Below are positions 25,345 to 38,272 of a stretch of 64,000 nt of DNA, one piece after another; within the stretch, counting starts at the first letter, position 1, and each line of letters opens with the position of its first letter. The notes below the pieces were generated by a model, which was given only the letters and a program-made list of their open reading frames with translations, was not told the DNA's origin and ran no database searches. A program made the translations under genes and the position numbers. Source of the DNA: Eledone cirrhosa (Eukaryota); contig OZ024747.1 in assembly GCA_964016885.1 (NCBI GenBank), positions 35,464,001-35,528,000 of the forward strand, read 5' to 3'.

Positions 25345-28300
25345 TTATCTATAAAAGGTAGATTTTTGTTGTTTGTATGTATGTTTCAATTTTATACATT
25401 TACACAATTCCAAAAATATTGAATGAATAATTAAGCAGAATGTTTACAAATATTCTAACTAGGATCATGGGCGAACTTATTGGGTAAAAAATGCCACAGT
25501 TACGGAAAAATTGATTTATTTCAACAATCGATGATTTCTCCTCTCTCATATGATATACGTTTCCTATATCTACTCCCTTCATCACCTCCCCTTAAAATTG
25601 CTACCTTCTCTTATAAGTGTTTGTGAAAAAGAGAAACATTGAAAACAAACATATACACACATATATGTGGGTGAATATACACACATATATGTTGGTATGG
25701 TTACGATTGACGTCATAGAAACAGGAACGCGGGAATTTCAATCAATAAACGCATTTGTTTTAGAAATAACAATAGCATATAATGATAAAGAGGGATATAA
25801 TGATAAAGAGGGAGTGAGAAACAAACAGATACACTAAAAGACGGATATATGTGTGTGTGTTTGTATTAGCGCGTTCAAACTCCATTTCGAAGCTGACTTT
25901 CATTTACTAAACTGTAAGTTTTTCAATCAGCCTTACACTTTCAAAATATATCTTTCTGTATAAGTAACTTTAACCCTTTATTTTCGACATAAAAATACAC
26001 ACATACATACAAATACCTGTAAATCTTTTTTTGGGGGTCTTTCTTATCAATCTTTTTACATTCAATTATCAGCCTTATACTTTCAAAGTCAATTTTTATG
26101 TTGAAGTAACTTTCACCCTTTATTTTTCGATACCCATTTACTTACTAACATTTGTATCACAACAACAATAACAATATTCATAAACAGACAGTAGACTTTC
26201 AAAGTCATTTTTTCTGTAGAAGTAACTTTCACCCTTTCTTTTGAAGATAAAATACCACCTAAAAAGAAAAGTCGCCTCAGTCGACATACTGCGTCAGCAG
26301 TGGCGCAAAAGGCGACTATAGCAAACGAGTCCTCTGAGGAAAATGCGCTTCAAGACTTTCACAGACAGCCTTACGTTCAGCAGAATGTCGAGCCGCTGAA
26401 AGTTTCCAACAGCGCACCGCACGCCTAGCCAAAATGGCTTCATACCAGGCTTCTTCCAGGGCTTCAGAGAGCCGTGAACAAAGGTCGAAGCGCCTGGCTA
26501 GAAACGATGCGACTAATGCTGCTTCCATGTCTTTGGAACGTTTAAAGCAACGGACGGCTCGCCTTCCTACGAACGCTGCGGCTATGACTACTTCCATGGC
26601 TTCTGAAGATGCAGACGGGCGGTCCATTAGCATTGCAAATGTTGCTTCTGCTATTGCTGCCAGACCTTCCCACCAACCACACGACCAATGTTCTACGTTC
26701 AAGCGTAACAGTCGACGGCGAGAAGCTGGACGCGGTGTGACGAGCCACAACAGCCCTTACTGGCACCTACGGGCTTTCAAGTATGAGCAAAACGTTAATT
26801 ACTCGATGCGCTCTGACATAAATATAGGCGAGATGATCTTCAATTGCCAATTCTACAATGCTACAAAGTGGGCTGGGGAGCCACCTGCAATGTGCTGCTT
26901 AAACGGTAAGGTCAACTTGCCCCCTCTTCCGGAACCGCATGAGCCTTTGAAGGAACTACTGACTGGTTATACCTCAATAAAAAACGCTCCTGGGGGTACC
27001 GGAAAAACTTTTGTAACAAATTTGATTCTCGCTAAGATTCGTCAGGAGAAAAAAGTTGCGTTGTCCGTTGCATCGTCCGGGATCGCTGCTACTTTGCTGC
27101 CGGGAGTCAGGATAGCACATTCAACATTTAAACTCCCTTTGGATTTAGTAAAAACTGAGACACCAACATGCAATATCAGCAAGAGTTCACACAAAGCTCT
27201 GGTTCTCAAAAGATGTTGCCTCATTGCACGATGGCAAACAACGGTGCCCTTGAGGCATTGGACAGGGACCGGAAAGACATTAGGGATTCTACGGCTCCTA
27301 TGGGTGGCGTAACCCTTCTGCTATCAGGGGATTTTCGGAAAACGCTGCCTGTCATCCCCAAATGGACAAGAGCTGATGAAGTGCGTGCCTGTCTTAAGTC
27401 GTCCATGTTGTGGCTCCAGGTGAATATTCGTGCTCATTTGCATGGTGACAACATGTCTGCAGCGCAGAACATTTTAGCGCTTGGTGAGGGCACGATCCCT
27501 GCGGATGACAAGGGCGGCATAGCAATCGACACCCTGTGCAACATTATGAGAAGCCCTTCTGACCTTTGGGAAGCAGTTTTTCCTAATGTCTCATCTAACT
27601 TTAAAAACCTCGATTGGCTCAGCGAAAGAGCCATCCTTGCTCCGAAAAATACCATGGTTAATTTTATTAACGAGCAGCTGATTGAGAAGATTCCCGGTAA
27701 AGAGCACATCTTCAAATCAGACCCCGACGATATCGTTAATTATCCGGTTGAGTTATTAAATCTCCTTGAGCCTCCAGGGCTCCCACGTCACATTAATAAG
27801 CTTAGGGTTGGCCTGTCCCATTATGCTAATAAGGAACTTGCGTCCACAAAAGCAGTGCAACGGTACACGCATGGTCGTCAAGTCACTGACACCCACTTGA
27901 TTGAGGCCACCATTGTAACGGGGTGCGGAAGAGGGGAGAATGTTTTCATTCCAAGGATGAACCTTTTCCCCTCGGCGTCAGATATCCCGTTCGATTTCCG
28001 GCGATCCCAATTCCCGGTGAGACTATGTTTTGCCATGTCCATTAACAAGTCACAAGGGCAAACATTGTCAGTGGCGGGCATCCATTTGGGGGAGCCATGC
28101 TTCTCCCATGGACAACTTTATGTTGCCAGTTCCCGCGCAGGGATCAGGAATGGACTTTTTGCTTACTCTCCTCAAGGGATGACACGCAATATCGTCTACA
28201 AAGAGGTGCTATAGATGTTGGTGCAGGTGTTGGAGCTATGCCGTCTGGAACACAATTTCCTGGTAGGGTATCCCATGGCGGACAGATCTGACACCCAGCG

Positions 28301-28528
28301 GCATCAGGGCCACCATCTTGCAACTTTGGTCTACTAAATTCGGTATTGGAAGATTATTAACCCATCATTGATTGACCAAAATGCTAATTGGTTCGTAACT
28401 TTTAATAACGGGGTCAATTGCTTTATGCACTTAATTGATAAGCTTATTCGCTTTCAAACCACGTATAAATGTATGTAACTTTTCATAGCAAATGAACAAA
28501 CCCGAACAACGCCGGGCTAAACTGCTAG
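25342..28528 (+). mobile_element. Helitron with both termini and an internal deletion of the Rep domain
   Basis: 5' TC after A in (TA)n; 3' hairpin cccgaacaacgccggg and CTAG|T. Coding region 26260-28214 has an R-rich N-terminus, GEPPAMCCLNGKV joined directly to APGGTGKT, and PIF1 motifs GDFRK, QFPVRLCFAMSINKSQGQT, FSHGQLYVA. Confidence 0.95.
26434..28214 (+). pseudogene. Helitron Zn-finger and PIF1 helicase reading frames (frameshifted near 27225)
   Basis: ORFs 26434-27312 and 27168-28214 together carry the helicase motifs. Confidence 0.85.
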
Positions 28529-28561
<33 letters not shown>

Positions 28562-28607
28562 AGATAAAATAAATAAGTCAAATGTTTAAAATTTAGCTTC
28601 GTTTATT

Positions 28608-28662
28608 ACTGCTATATATATTTCGGTGACAGCCATCTTTGGCTGTGACCTCTTCAGGCAGT
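28608..28662 (-). ncRNA. Type I hammerhead
   Basis: actgc CTGAAGA ggtcacagcc-aaagat-ggctgtcacc GAAA tatata TA gcagt. Confidence 0.85.
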
Positions 28663-28882
28663 CCGAATTAGTGTGGTATAGACAAGTACATATATTGTTG
28701 AGATGTATAACCTTGTCAATACTCTGATAGGTCCAGTTCCTGGTTGGGTTGTTATTTCACTGAGGAAGTGGAATCATTTCCTCAGTGAAATAACATCCTA
28801 ACCAGGTACTGGGCATATCAAAGTATTGACAAGGTTATACACCTCAACAACATATGTACTTGTCTATACCACACTAATTCGG

Positions 28883-28937
28883 ACTGCCTGAAGAGGTCAC
28901 CGCCAAAGATGGCTGTCACCGAAATATATATAGCAGT
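28883..28937 (+). ncRNA. Type I hammerhead
   Basis: actgc CTGAAGA ggtcaccgcc-aaagat-ggctgtcacc GAAA tatata TA gcagt. Confidence 0.85.
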
Positions 28938-29075
28938 AATAAACGATGCAAAATTTAAAACATTTGACTTATTTATTTATCTTATTTTACATTACTCCGG
29001 AGTAACCAAACCAACCTGCGCACTTCGTCGAATCTAGATACTAATGTGTTGGTATACAACAAACATATACTCAAT

Positions 29076-29144
<69 letters not shown>

Positions 29145-29148
<4 letters not shown>

Positions 29149-29312
29149 AACGAGTAGGACCCCGACGGCTAATTCAGTCCAGAGTCAGCCGTCGAAACGG
29201 CTTGAGCTCAGCCGTCGGTGTCCTACTCGTTCCTATTACCCACTCTACTACCCTAAGTATTGAGTACTTTGGTGCGTTATGGTCCACCTGGTTCCTTACC
29301 GCATTTCCTTCG

Positions 29313-29316
<4 letters not shown>
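29145..29316 (+). mobile_element. Short fold-back PLE terminus containing the 3' half of a hammerhead
   Basis: gacggct..agccgtc GAAA cggcttgagctcagccg TC ggtgtcc. The CUGANGA part is replaced by an inverted copy of the downstream sequence. Confidence 0.65.
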
Positions 29317-29377
<61 letters not shown>

Positions 29378-29382
<5 letters not shown>

Positions 29383-29602
29383 ATACTTGGGAAGGGTTAT
29401 ATTTGTGTAATAATATTGCCAGAATTAATAACAGAACAAACTCACTGTTTGGTTGGTTTTCGCTTCTGTGTCTTTTATATCGGTTAATCTAATTTATTCG
29501 GTCCTCAATGTTGCCATTGACTGACCAACGGTCAAAAATACAGATACAAACACATACATATAGTCTATAAAAGTTCTTTCGTTGCACATCTGCAACATCG
29601 TT
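29378..29602 (-). mobile_element. Fragment of the Nematis-like pseudo-LTR
   Basis: Colinear with 13679-13915; ends inside the HHR. Confidence 0.85.
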
Positions 29603-30510
29603 GTCCCTTCATTTCCACCCTCACCTTTCTTACAGGCCCTAACGGGTCTTTCCTGTCCGCCACTCTTTCACCTGCACATCCACCGACGTTATCTATGCCC
29701 TCCGGTGTTCCCTTTGTAGGTCTTTATATATCGGACAAACGGGACGCCGCATGGCGGACCGTTTTGCCGAACATTTGAGGGACATACGACTCGGTTTGAA
29801 TACTCCTGTCGCCCGTCATTTCTGTTCTCGTGGTCATTCTTCCCTACATGTTTCAGTCCTGGGTGTCCTGTTTCAGACCTCGCGCACCTGGTCTGAACAA
29901 AGTCTGAGTCACCGCCTTGGGTCCTATACCCCTCTTAGACTCAACTCACCTCCACAATTTCTCTAATACCCCGTCCATTATCACACCCCTAGATTCCTAT
30001 CATTAACATCTTCTCTGACAACTAATACAGGCCGACTTTTCCATTCACTGCTATGTATAAACATATACAAACCCTTTCGTACTTACATGCACACACACTA
30101 TATTACTCACATATACACACACATTTATTCTTAGCTTCCTACACACACACACACACACACACACACATGCTTATGCACGTGCACAAGTGTGGCTCATTTT
30201 ACAAAACGTTTTTTTTTGCATTCCGTGTAGACGCGCTCCATCATCAACTTTTCTAAAAAATAAATCATACACAAAACGCCAGCACCAATAGTTTTGCAAG
30301 AGATAACTTGACCAGTTATTTTTATCTAAAGACATTTTTTCCACTTCCAACTCGCCCGTCCCTCAATCTATCTTATTTCCCATTCTTTCTTCTGATGAAG
30401 GACTAGCGTCCGAAACGTTAAGACCCTCCTTCTGCTATATCAAGCGTTAACCTAATATATCCCTTCCTTATACACTACCGATTGTGTTGTTATTTCCGTT
30501 TACCTTTTAC
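29603..30510 (+). mobile_element. Penelope-like element (Neptune-like) 3' fragment: GIY-YIG and pseudo-LTR
   Basis: FTCTSTDVIYALRCSLCRSLYIGQTGRRMADRFAEHL..PVARHF..EQ..LG..P.RLN; HHR at 30388. Confidence 0.9.
30388..30423 (+). ncRNA. Minimal type I hammerhead of the classic Penelope type
   Basis: tctt CTGATGA a ggac-tagc-gtcc GAAA cg TT aaga. Confidence 0.85.
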
Positions 30511-30613
30511 ATACATACATACATACATACACATATATATATATATATATATAAAATATTAAAAAAATAATGAATAAACAAAGAAACAGTTCCTTATATT
30601 AAACAAAAAAAGT

Positions 30614-30754
30614 TCATTATTTTACGATCGTTTCTAGGACATATATGTGTTAGAATTGGTATGCATATTCAAAAGATCTATGTACAAAATTATACAAACT
30701 ATCAAAGAGAATATACATACCTTCACATATATATGCTGTCTTCAGAAATAATGA
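30614..30754 (-). ncRNA. Type I hammerhead with about 100-nt stem II region (inverted copy)
   Basis: Reverse complement of 37938-38078. Confidence 0.7.
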
Positions 30755-31002
30755 TGTATATTTATTGATAATAACAACAATTCAAAATTACAGGTCTGTT
30801 TGGGAACAGATTTTAAATAGACCAATGAAATACATAAAAATTCATCAAGAAAATACAGTTAGGTGTGTGTATATATGTATGTAAATCCGTTCACGGATGT
30901 GCATAAACATGTATGTTCATATGTATACGTATGTTGAAAAAGTGTATGTAAACATAAAAATTTAGGGCTAATGTATCTGTATGTTTACAATCTACAGACA
31001 GA

Positions 31003-31041
<39 letters not shown>

Positions 31042-31602
31042 TATATGTATACACATACACATACACACACATATATATACATACACACACACACACATAT
31101 ATACACATACACACACACACACATACGTATATATTATTATTATAACTATATGGATATTGAGGCGCTCACATAAACACGCCCACAGACACTTACATTTAGA
31201 TGCAGAAGTTAAGGAGGTAAGGGAGTAAGTAATTAAAGCAGTGTCAATCTCAACATACTTATAAAAATGTATCCATACAGTTAGAAATAAAAAAAATGTT
31301 CATAGAAGGAAAAAACTCAAACTCAAAAAAATATATATATATATATAAAAAGGGGGGGGGGGTACGTACATACATAGACGCGAATGTCTCACAAAAGAAA
31401 TATAAAAAAAAACATAAAAAAACATAAAAGAGAGACATAAAATATACATGCTTATATACATACGCACATTTACACATCCGTACGTTCGATACATACATAC
31501 GTACACACACACACATACACATACTTAACCTCACGCATATTAACCTGTTTGTATGCATACACATAAAAATAAGTAAAACATATACCCATACATATAAATA
31601 CA

Positions 31603-31642
<40 letters not shown>

Positions 31643-31646
31643 CACT

Positions 31647-31692
<46 letters not shown>

Positions 31693-31833
31693 TATATATA
31701 TATATACACATACATATATATACATATATACATACATATATATATATATATATACACATACACACACATACCCATGTATATATACACAACCACACACACA
31801 CACACACTCAGACATACATATATATAGAGACAT

Positions 31834-31876
<43 letters not shown>

Positions 31877-31961
31877 CACACAGTCAGACACATATGCACA
31901 CATATACACATACATACACACATCTCTACAAATACATATACATACACATACATACATACAC

Positions 31962-32021
<60 letters not shown>

Positions 32022-32246
32022 TCATACACACACATTTACATGCGCACATATGTATTTTTATACTCACATACAAACACACAAACATACATACACACTTACA
32101 TACACATACATACATCCACGCTTACAAATACAAATAATTATTGGGGGGGGGGATTACAATTATTAGTGGGAAATAGTAAATATATAGGTTTCAAGGAACA
32201 TAGAATATTAATCTGCAGTTAAATCATTATATGTGTTTACATAGTA

Positions 32247-34159
32247 CAAATCCTTCTATAAGACTTATATGTCAAATCCTTCTATAAGACTTATATGTCC
32301 ATCCAAATCGGATATTGGAATAATTAGCAAAAAACTTTTAGATAGAGTCATCCCACAAATAAGAAAACATGTTAATTTACCACTCTGGGAAAACACTTCC
32401 CAGGTAATTAACTGGTTTAATATTAGATGTAAATCTTCTGCTTCATTTCTACAATTTGATATAGATAATTACTATTCTTCTATATCACCTATACTCCTGA
32501 ACAAAGCTTTGATATTTGCTAAAAATAGATCTAACTTAACTTTGGATGACATTAATATTATTACACATGCTAGACTAACACTTATTGAATTTCAGAATGA
32601 ATACTGGACCAGAAACACATATAGTAATCTATTTGATATTACTATGGGTTCAAGCGATTCTGCCCAAATTACTGATCTTGTGGGCCTCTTTCTTCTTTTT
32701 AACATAAATGCTTCCTTTCCCCACCTTAAAGGTGGTTTATATCGTGATGACTATCTTCTTCTTTCCAACAACATTAGCCTCTCAGGAATAGAAAAAAAAC
32801 AAAAAGCTTATTAGAACTTTCCTTAAAGACTATTATAGTCTTGATATTACTTTTGAAAACACAAGTAAAGTAGTTAATTTCCTAGATATAACTTTAGACT
32901 TGGCTACGGGTATCTACCAACCTTACCATAAACCCAACCAAAACTTACACTACATACACTCACAATCTAATCACCCTAAATCTATCCTTAAAAACCTTGC
33001 ATATAATATATCACTTAGAATTTCCAACCTTTCGTCTAACCAAGATGTATTTGATAAAAATGAGACCTTCTATAACGAAGCTCTAGATAGAAGTGACCAC
33101 AAAAATAGATTGGAATATATACCTTCTACTAATAACACTATAAACATACAACCTAATATTACCAACAAACACCAAATGAAAAGTACACACCTAAATGCCA
33201 CTCACACTATACCCCAAAATACCAACATAAAACCAAATTTCTCCAACTCCTCTAATATAAAGTATAGTAACTCTCAAAAAACTACTCATCATACAACTCT
33301 AATAAATGTTAATAATAAAACTCCTAATAAACAAGCTAAAACACCTAAATCAATAAATCTAACTAAAAATGTGCGTGGTGAGGTCATTAACATTAATCCT
33401 CCTAGTAAACATCAGGATGCATCCTATAAAAACAATAAACAACATAGAAACCGTAATAGACGAGTTACTTGGTATAATGCTCCATTTAATTTACAAATTA
33501 AGGATAATATACCTAAAACAATTTTTAATATCCTAAAGAAAAACTGCCCGCCAAACCACAAATACCATCAAATCTTAAATAGATCAACAGTTAAATTCTC
33601 ATACTCAACAACCAAAAACATAAAACAAAATATAAGTGCCTATAATGCATATAAATGTAAAAAAACCATAAGTATACCACCAATACATCAAACTAACCAT
33701 AATATCTCCTCAAATACAGAATTAACGAAAGGTTGTAACTGTAGAAACAAGGCAAACTGCCCATTAAAAGGAAATTGTCTTGTTAACAACATAGTTTATA
33801 AATGTAAAGTTAAAACTAAGGATTCTATTTGCTCGTATATAGGAGCTACTTCTAACAATTTTAAGGTAAGGTTTAATACCCACAAACATAGTTTTAAAAA
33901 TGCCGCACTGGCTAATACAACATCTCTAGCAGAAAAAATTAATAGTTATAGAAATAAGAATATATAATATGATATGACCTGGAGTGTGCTCAAAAGAGCC
34001 ACCCCTTATCAAAATAATAGAAATGAATGTAAATTGTGTTCCCAAGAACTATTTGAAATAATGAAATCTAAGGATATCCTATTAAATAAGCGACAGGAAT
34101 TAATTATATCGTGTAATCATAAACTGAGAAAAACATTTAAATATTATAAACCTAATTAA
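32247..34159 (+). pseudogene. PLE RT-GIY-YIG ORF, 5'-truncated, with a frameshift and a stop
   Basis: ORFs 32269-32814, 32900-33967 and 33974-34159 are consecutive pieces of one protein. Confidence 0.9.
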
Positions 34160-35030
34160 TAATATATATTTTAGAAATTAATATATAAATTAATTTTAAT
34201 GTAGTTAACCTATAATTTTAATTTAATTAAAATTCTACTACAGATGAAATTAAAAAATATCGTATAATCATAAACTGTGAAAAACATTTAAATATTATTA
34301 ACATAATTAATATATAATTTGGAAATTAATATATAGATTAATTTTAGTTTATTTAACCTATTATTAAAAAAATTTTTTACAGATGAAATACAACAAAATA
34401 TCGTGTAATTAATAACGGAGAAATACTTTTTAATATTATAAACCTAATTAATATACAATTTAGAAATTAATATATAAATTAATTTTAATTTAGTTAACCT
34501 ATAATTTTAATTTAGTTAGCTGATAATTAAAATTCTAATACAGATGGATTGCAGAATATCGTGTAATCATAAACTGAGAAAAACTTTTAAATATATACCT
34601 ACTTAATATACACTTTACAAATTAATATATAGATTAATTTTAATTTAGTTAACCTATAATTAAAATTCTACTATAGATAAAATACAAAATTTTTCTTTAA
34701 TTATTATAAACCTAATTAACATATACTATAGAAATTAATATATAATTTTTAATTTAGTTAACCTATAATTAATATTCTACTACCGATGAATTACTTAATT
34801 TGGCTTTCCCATTACAACATTCATTTCCTAAAATTGATACCATCATGTTAATATATGTAATTATTTTTAATTTGGTTATGATATAATTAATACTCTACTA
34901 CTGCTGTTAAACTTCAAAATTCCGCTTTAAATATTATAAACCTAAGTAGTATACACCTTAGAAATTAATATATTAACTATTTTTATTTTAGTTAACCTAT
35001 AATTAATATTCTACTTATATTAAAATACAT
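34105..35030 (+). repeat. Degenerate tandem array (about 140-160 bp units) derived from the end of the PLE ORF
   Basis: atatcgtgtaatcataaactgagaaaaacatttaaatattataaacctaattaa..ttagttaacctataatt recurs about six times. Confidence 0.8.
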
Positions 35031-35742
35031 AATTTAGCCTTCTTTCTTACAAATACCATTTCCTAAAACTGATACAACTATGTAAACACATATTATGATT
35101 TAACTGCAGATTAATATTCTATGTTCCTTGAAACCTATATATTTACTATTTCCCACTAATAATTTTAATCCCCCCCCCCCCCAATAATTATTTGTATTTG
35201 TAAGCGTGGATGTATGGATGTGTATGTAAGTGTGTATGTATGTTTGTGTGTTTGTATGTGTGTATAAAAATACATATGTGCGCATGTATTTGTGTGTGTA
35301 CTATGTAAACACATATAATGATTTAACTGCAGATTAATATTCTATGTTCCTTGAAACCTATATATTTACTATTTCCCACTAATAATTTTAATGCCCCTCC
35401 CCCCCCAATAATTATTTGTATTTGTAAGCGTGGATGTATGTATGTGTATGTAAGTGTGTATGTATGTTTGTGTGTTTGTATGTGAGTATAAAAATACATA
35501 TGTGCGCATGTAAATGTGTGTGTATGAGTGTATATAAATATATATATATATGTATATATATGTGTATGTATGTATTTGTAGAGATGTGTGTATGTATGTG
35601 TATATGTGTGCATATGTGTCTGACTGTGTGTATTTATATATATATATATATATGTGTGTATGTATGTCTCTATATATATGTATGTCTGAGTGTGTGTGTG
35701 TGTGTGGTTGTGTATATATACATGGGTATGTGTGTGTATGTG

Positions 35743-35773
<31 letters not shown>

Positions 35774-35949
35774 ATATGTATATATATGTATGTGTATATA
35801 TATATATATATATATGTGTGTGTTTATATATATATATGTGTGTGTGTGTATGTATATATATATATATATATATAAAAGACGTAAAATAAGAAAATATTTT
35901 TAAAAAAAATGTTTAAAAGATTTTTTTTTACTTACTTACTTAAATTTTC

Positions 35950-36031
35950 ACTCCAACTAATTAGTTTCTGCAATGGGATAAAGACAGTTACGTAATCCAA
36001 CTGTCGAGAATTCATTGCGTCATCAGGGAGT
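35950..36031 (-). ncRNA. Type I hammerhead, family B
   Basis: actcc CTGATGA cgcaatg..cattgca GAAA ctaattag TT ggagt. Confidence 0.8.
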
Positions 36032-36797
36032 CTATTCTCAGCTAAGTCTCCAGGCAATGCGCGGACACTGGCGGCTCATATAAAAATAATAATAATTCGG
36101 TAGATAGAACAGCTGGCGAGGACTGGATTCTATGTACTGAAATTCTCACTGCTTCTAGTCAAATGGCCGATTCTAAAGAATCAATCACGTGACACAGAGG
36201 CTAGTTAGAAGGAATGGGATGGTAAGATGACTGACGCCTACTGATGACGCAATGAATTCTCGACAGTTGGATTACATAACTGTCTTTATCCCATTGCAGA
36301 AACTAATTAGTTGGAGTGAAAATTTAAGTAGGTAAGCAAAAAAAAATTTTTAAACATTTAAAAAAAAAATATTTTCTTATTTTACGTCTTTTATATTATT
36401 GTTCTGCATCCTCCTGCATTGAACCACCTAGGTACTATGACATAACCTGTGTATTTGCTGGCATGGGCGTGCATCTGTGCGCTTATGTTAGTTGATATAT
36501 TAAATTAACTATATTTATCTCCAAATCACAGATTTGACGAGCAAACCTGCCAAAACCACTTCTAAAAAAAATTGTTTGGGGGTGTTAGTAGGCGTCAGTC
36601 ATCTTACCATCCCATTCCTTCTAAATATCCTCTGTGTCACGTGATTGATTCTTTAGAATCGGCCATTTGACTAGAAGCAGTGAGAATTTCAGTACATAGA
36701 ATCCAGTCCTCGCCAGCTGTTCTATCTACCGAATTATTATTATTTTTATATGAGCCGCCAGTGTCCGCGCATTGCCTGGAGACATAGCTGAGAATAG

Positions 36798-36879
36798 ACT
36801 CCCTGATGACGCAATGAATTCTCGACAGTTGGATTACGTAACTGTCTTTATCCCATTGCAGAAACTAATTAGTTGGAGT
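36798..36879 (+). ncRNA. Type I hammerhead, family B (an upstream tandem copy at 36241-36317 lacks its 5' stem I strand)
   Basis: actcc CTGATGA cgcaatg..cattgca GAAA ctaattag TT ggagt. Confidence 0.8.
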
Positions 36880-37071
36880 GAAAATTTAAGTAAGTAAGTA
36901 AAAAAAAAAATTTTTTTAATTTTTTTAAAAAAATATTTTCTTATTTTACGTCTTTTATATTATTGTTCTGCATCCTCCTGCATTGAACCACCTAGGTACT
37001 ATGACATAACATGTGTATTTGCTGGCATGGGCGTGCATCTGTGCGCTTATGTTAGTTGATATATTAAATTA

Positions 37072-37107
<36 letters not shown>

Positions 37108-37570
37108 TGTATTTATATGTATGGGTATATGTTTTACTTATTTTTATGTGTATGCATACAAACAGGTTAATATGCGTGAGGTTAAGTATGTGTATGTGTG
37201 TGTGTGTACGTATGTATGTATCGAACGTACGGATGTGTAAATGTGCGTATGTATATAAGCATGTATATTTTATGTCTCTCTTTTATGTTTTTTTTTATAT
37301 TTCTTTTGTGAGACATTCGCGTCTATGTATGTACGTACCCCCCCCCCCTTTATATATTTTTTTTTTATTTTTGAGATTTTTCCTTCTCTAAAAAAATTTT
37401 TTTATTTCTAACTTTATGGATACGTTTTTATAAGTATGTTGAGATTGACACTTTGCTTTAATTACTTACTCCCTTACCTCCTTTACTTCTGCATCTAAAT
37501 GTAAGTGTGTGTGGGCGTGTTTATGTGAGCGCCTCAATATCCATATAGTTATAATAATAATATATACGTA

Positions 37571-37613
<43 letters not shown>

Positions 37614-37650
37614 ATATATATGTGTGTGCATGTGTATGTGTATACATATA

Positions 37651-37689
<39 letters not shown>

Positions 37690-37937
37690 TCTGTCTGTAG
37701 ATTGTAAACATACAGATACATTAGCCCTAAATGTTTATGTTTACATACACTTTTTCAACATACGTATACATATGAACATACATTTTTATGCACATCCGTG
37801 AACGGATTTACATACATATATACACACACCTAACTGTATTTTCTTGATGAATTTTTATGTATTTCATTGGTCTATTTAAAATCTGTTCCCAAACAGACCT
37901 GTAATTTTGAATTGTTGTTATTATCAATAAATATACA

Positions 37938-38078
37938 TCATTATTTCTGAAGACAGCATATATATGAGAAGGTATGTATATTCTCTTTGATAGTTTGTAT
38001 AATTTTGTACATAGATCTTTTGAATATGCATACCAATTCTAACACATATATGTCCTAGAAACGATCGTAAAATAATGA
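37938..38078 (+). ncRNA. Type I hammerhead with 9-bp stem I and about 100-nt stem II region
   Basis: tcattattt CTGAAGA cagcatatat...catatatgtccta GAAA cgatcg TA aaataatga. Confidence 0.7.
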
Positions 38079-38272
38079 ACTTTTTTGGTTTAATATAAGG
38101 AACTATTTCTTTGTTTATTCATTATTTTTTTAATATTTTATCTTGACTCTGTATTCCGTTTATCTTTCACCGAAAGTGAATTTTGAATGCATCTCTTCTT
38201 TTCATGATATCCGGATTACATTGAGTTCTTCATACGGATTGGACACTACCGTAAACTTTTGGTAGATTTATC

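Larger units (their letters stand above)
28556..29077. mobile_element. Fold-back PLE-terminus-like insert in (TA)n with intact hammerheads
   Basis: Arms about 28556-28768 and 28777-28990, plus a tail of about 85 nt on the right. Confidence 0.85.
35874..37075. mobile_element. Family B element nested in the PLE 3' UTR: inverted arm plus about 1.5 tandem units (period 562 nt)
   Basis: Minus arm 35874-36240; plus strand CTGATGA at 36241 and 36803. Absent from the inverted duplicate at about 31620. Confidence 0.9.

Noticed and set aside
25920-26250. Three repeats of about 130-145 bp upstream of the Helitron ORF
   Set aside because: Ordinary subterminal tandem repeats, common in Helitrons.
34105-35030. 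CRISPR-like repeat-spacer array
   Set aside because: The units are degenerate tandem copies without unique spacers, in a eukaryotic context with no cas genes.
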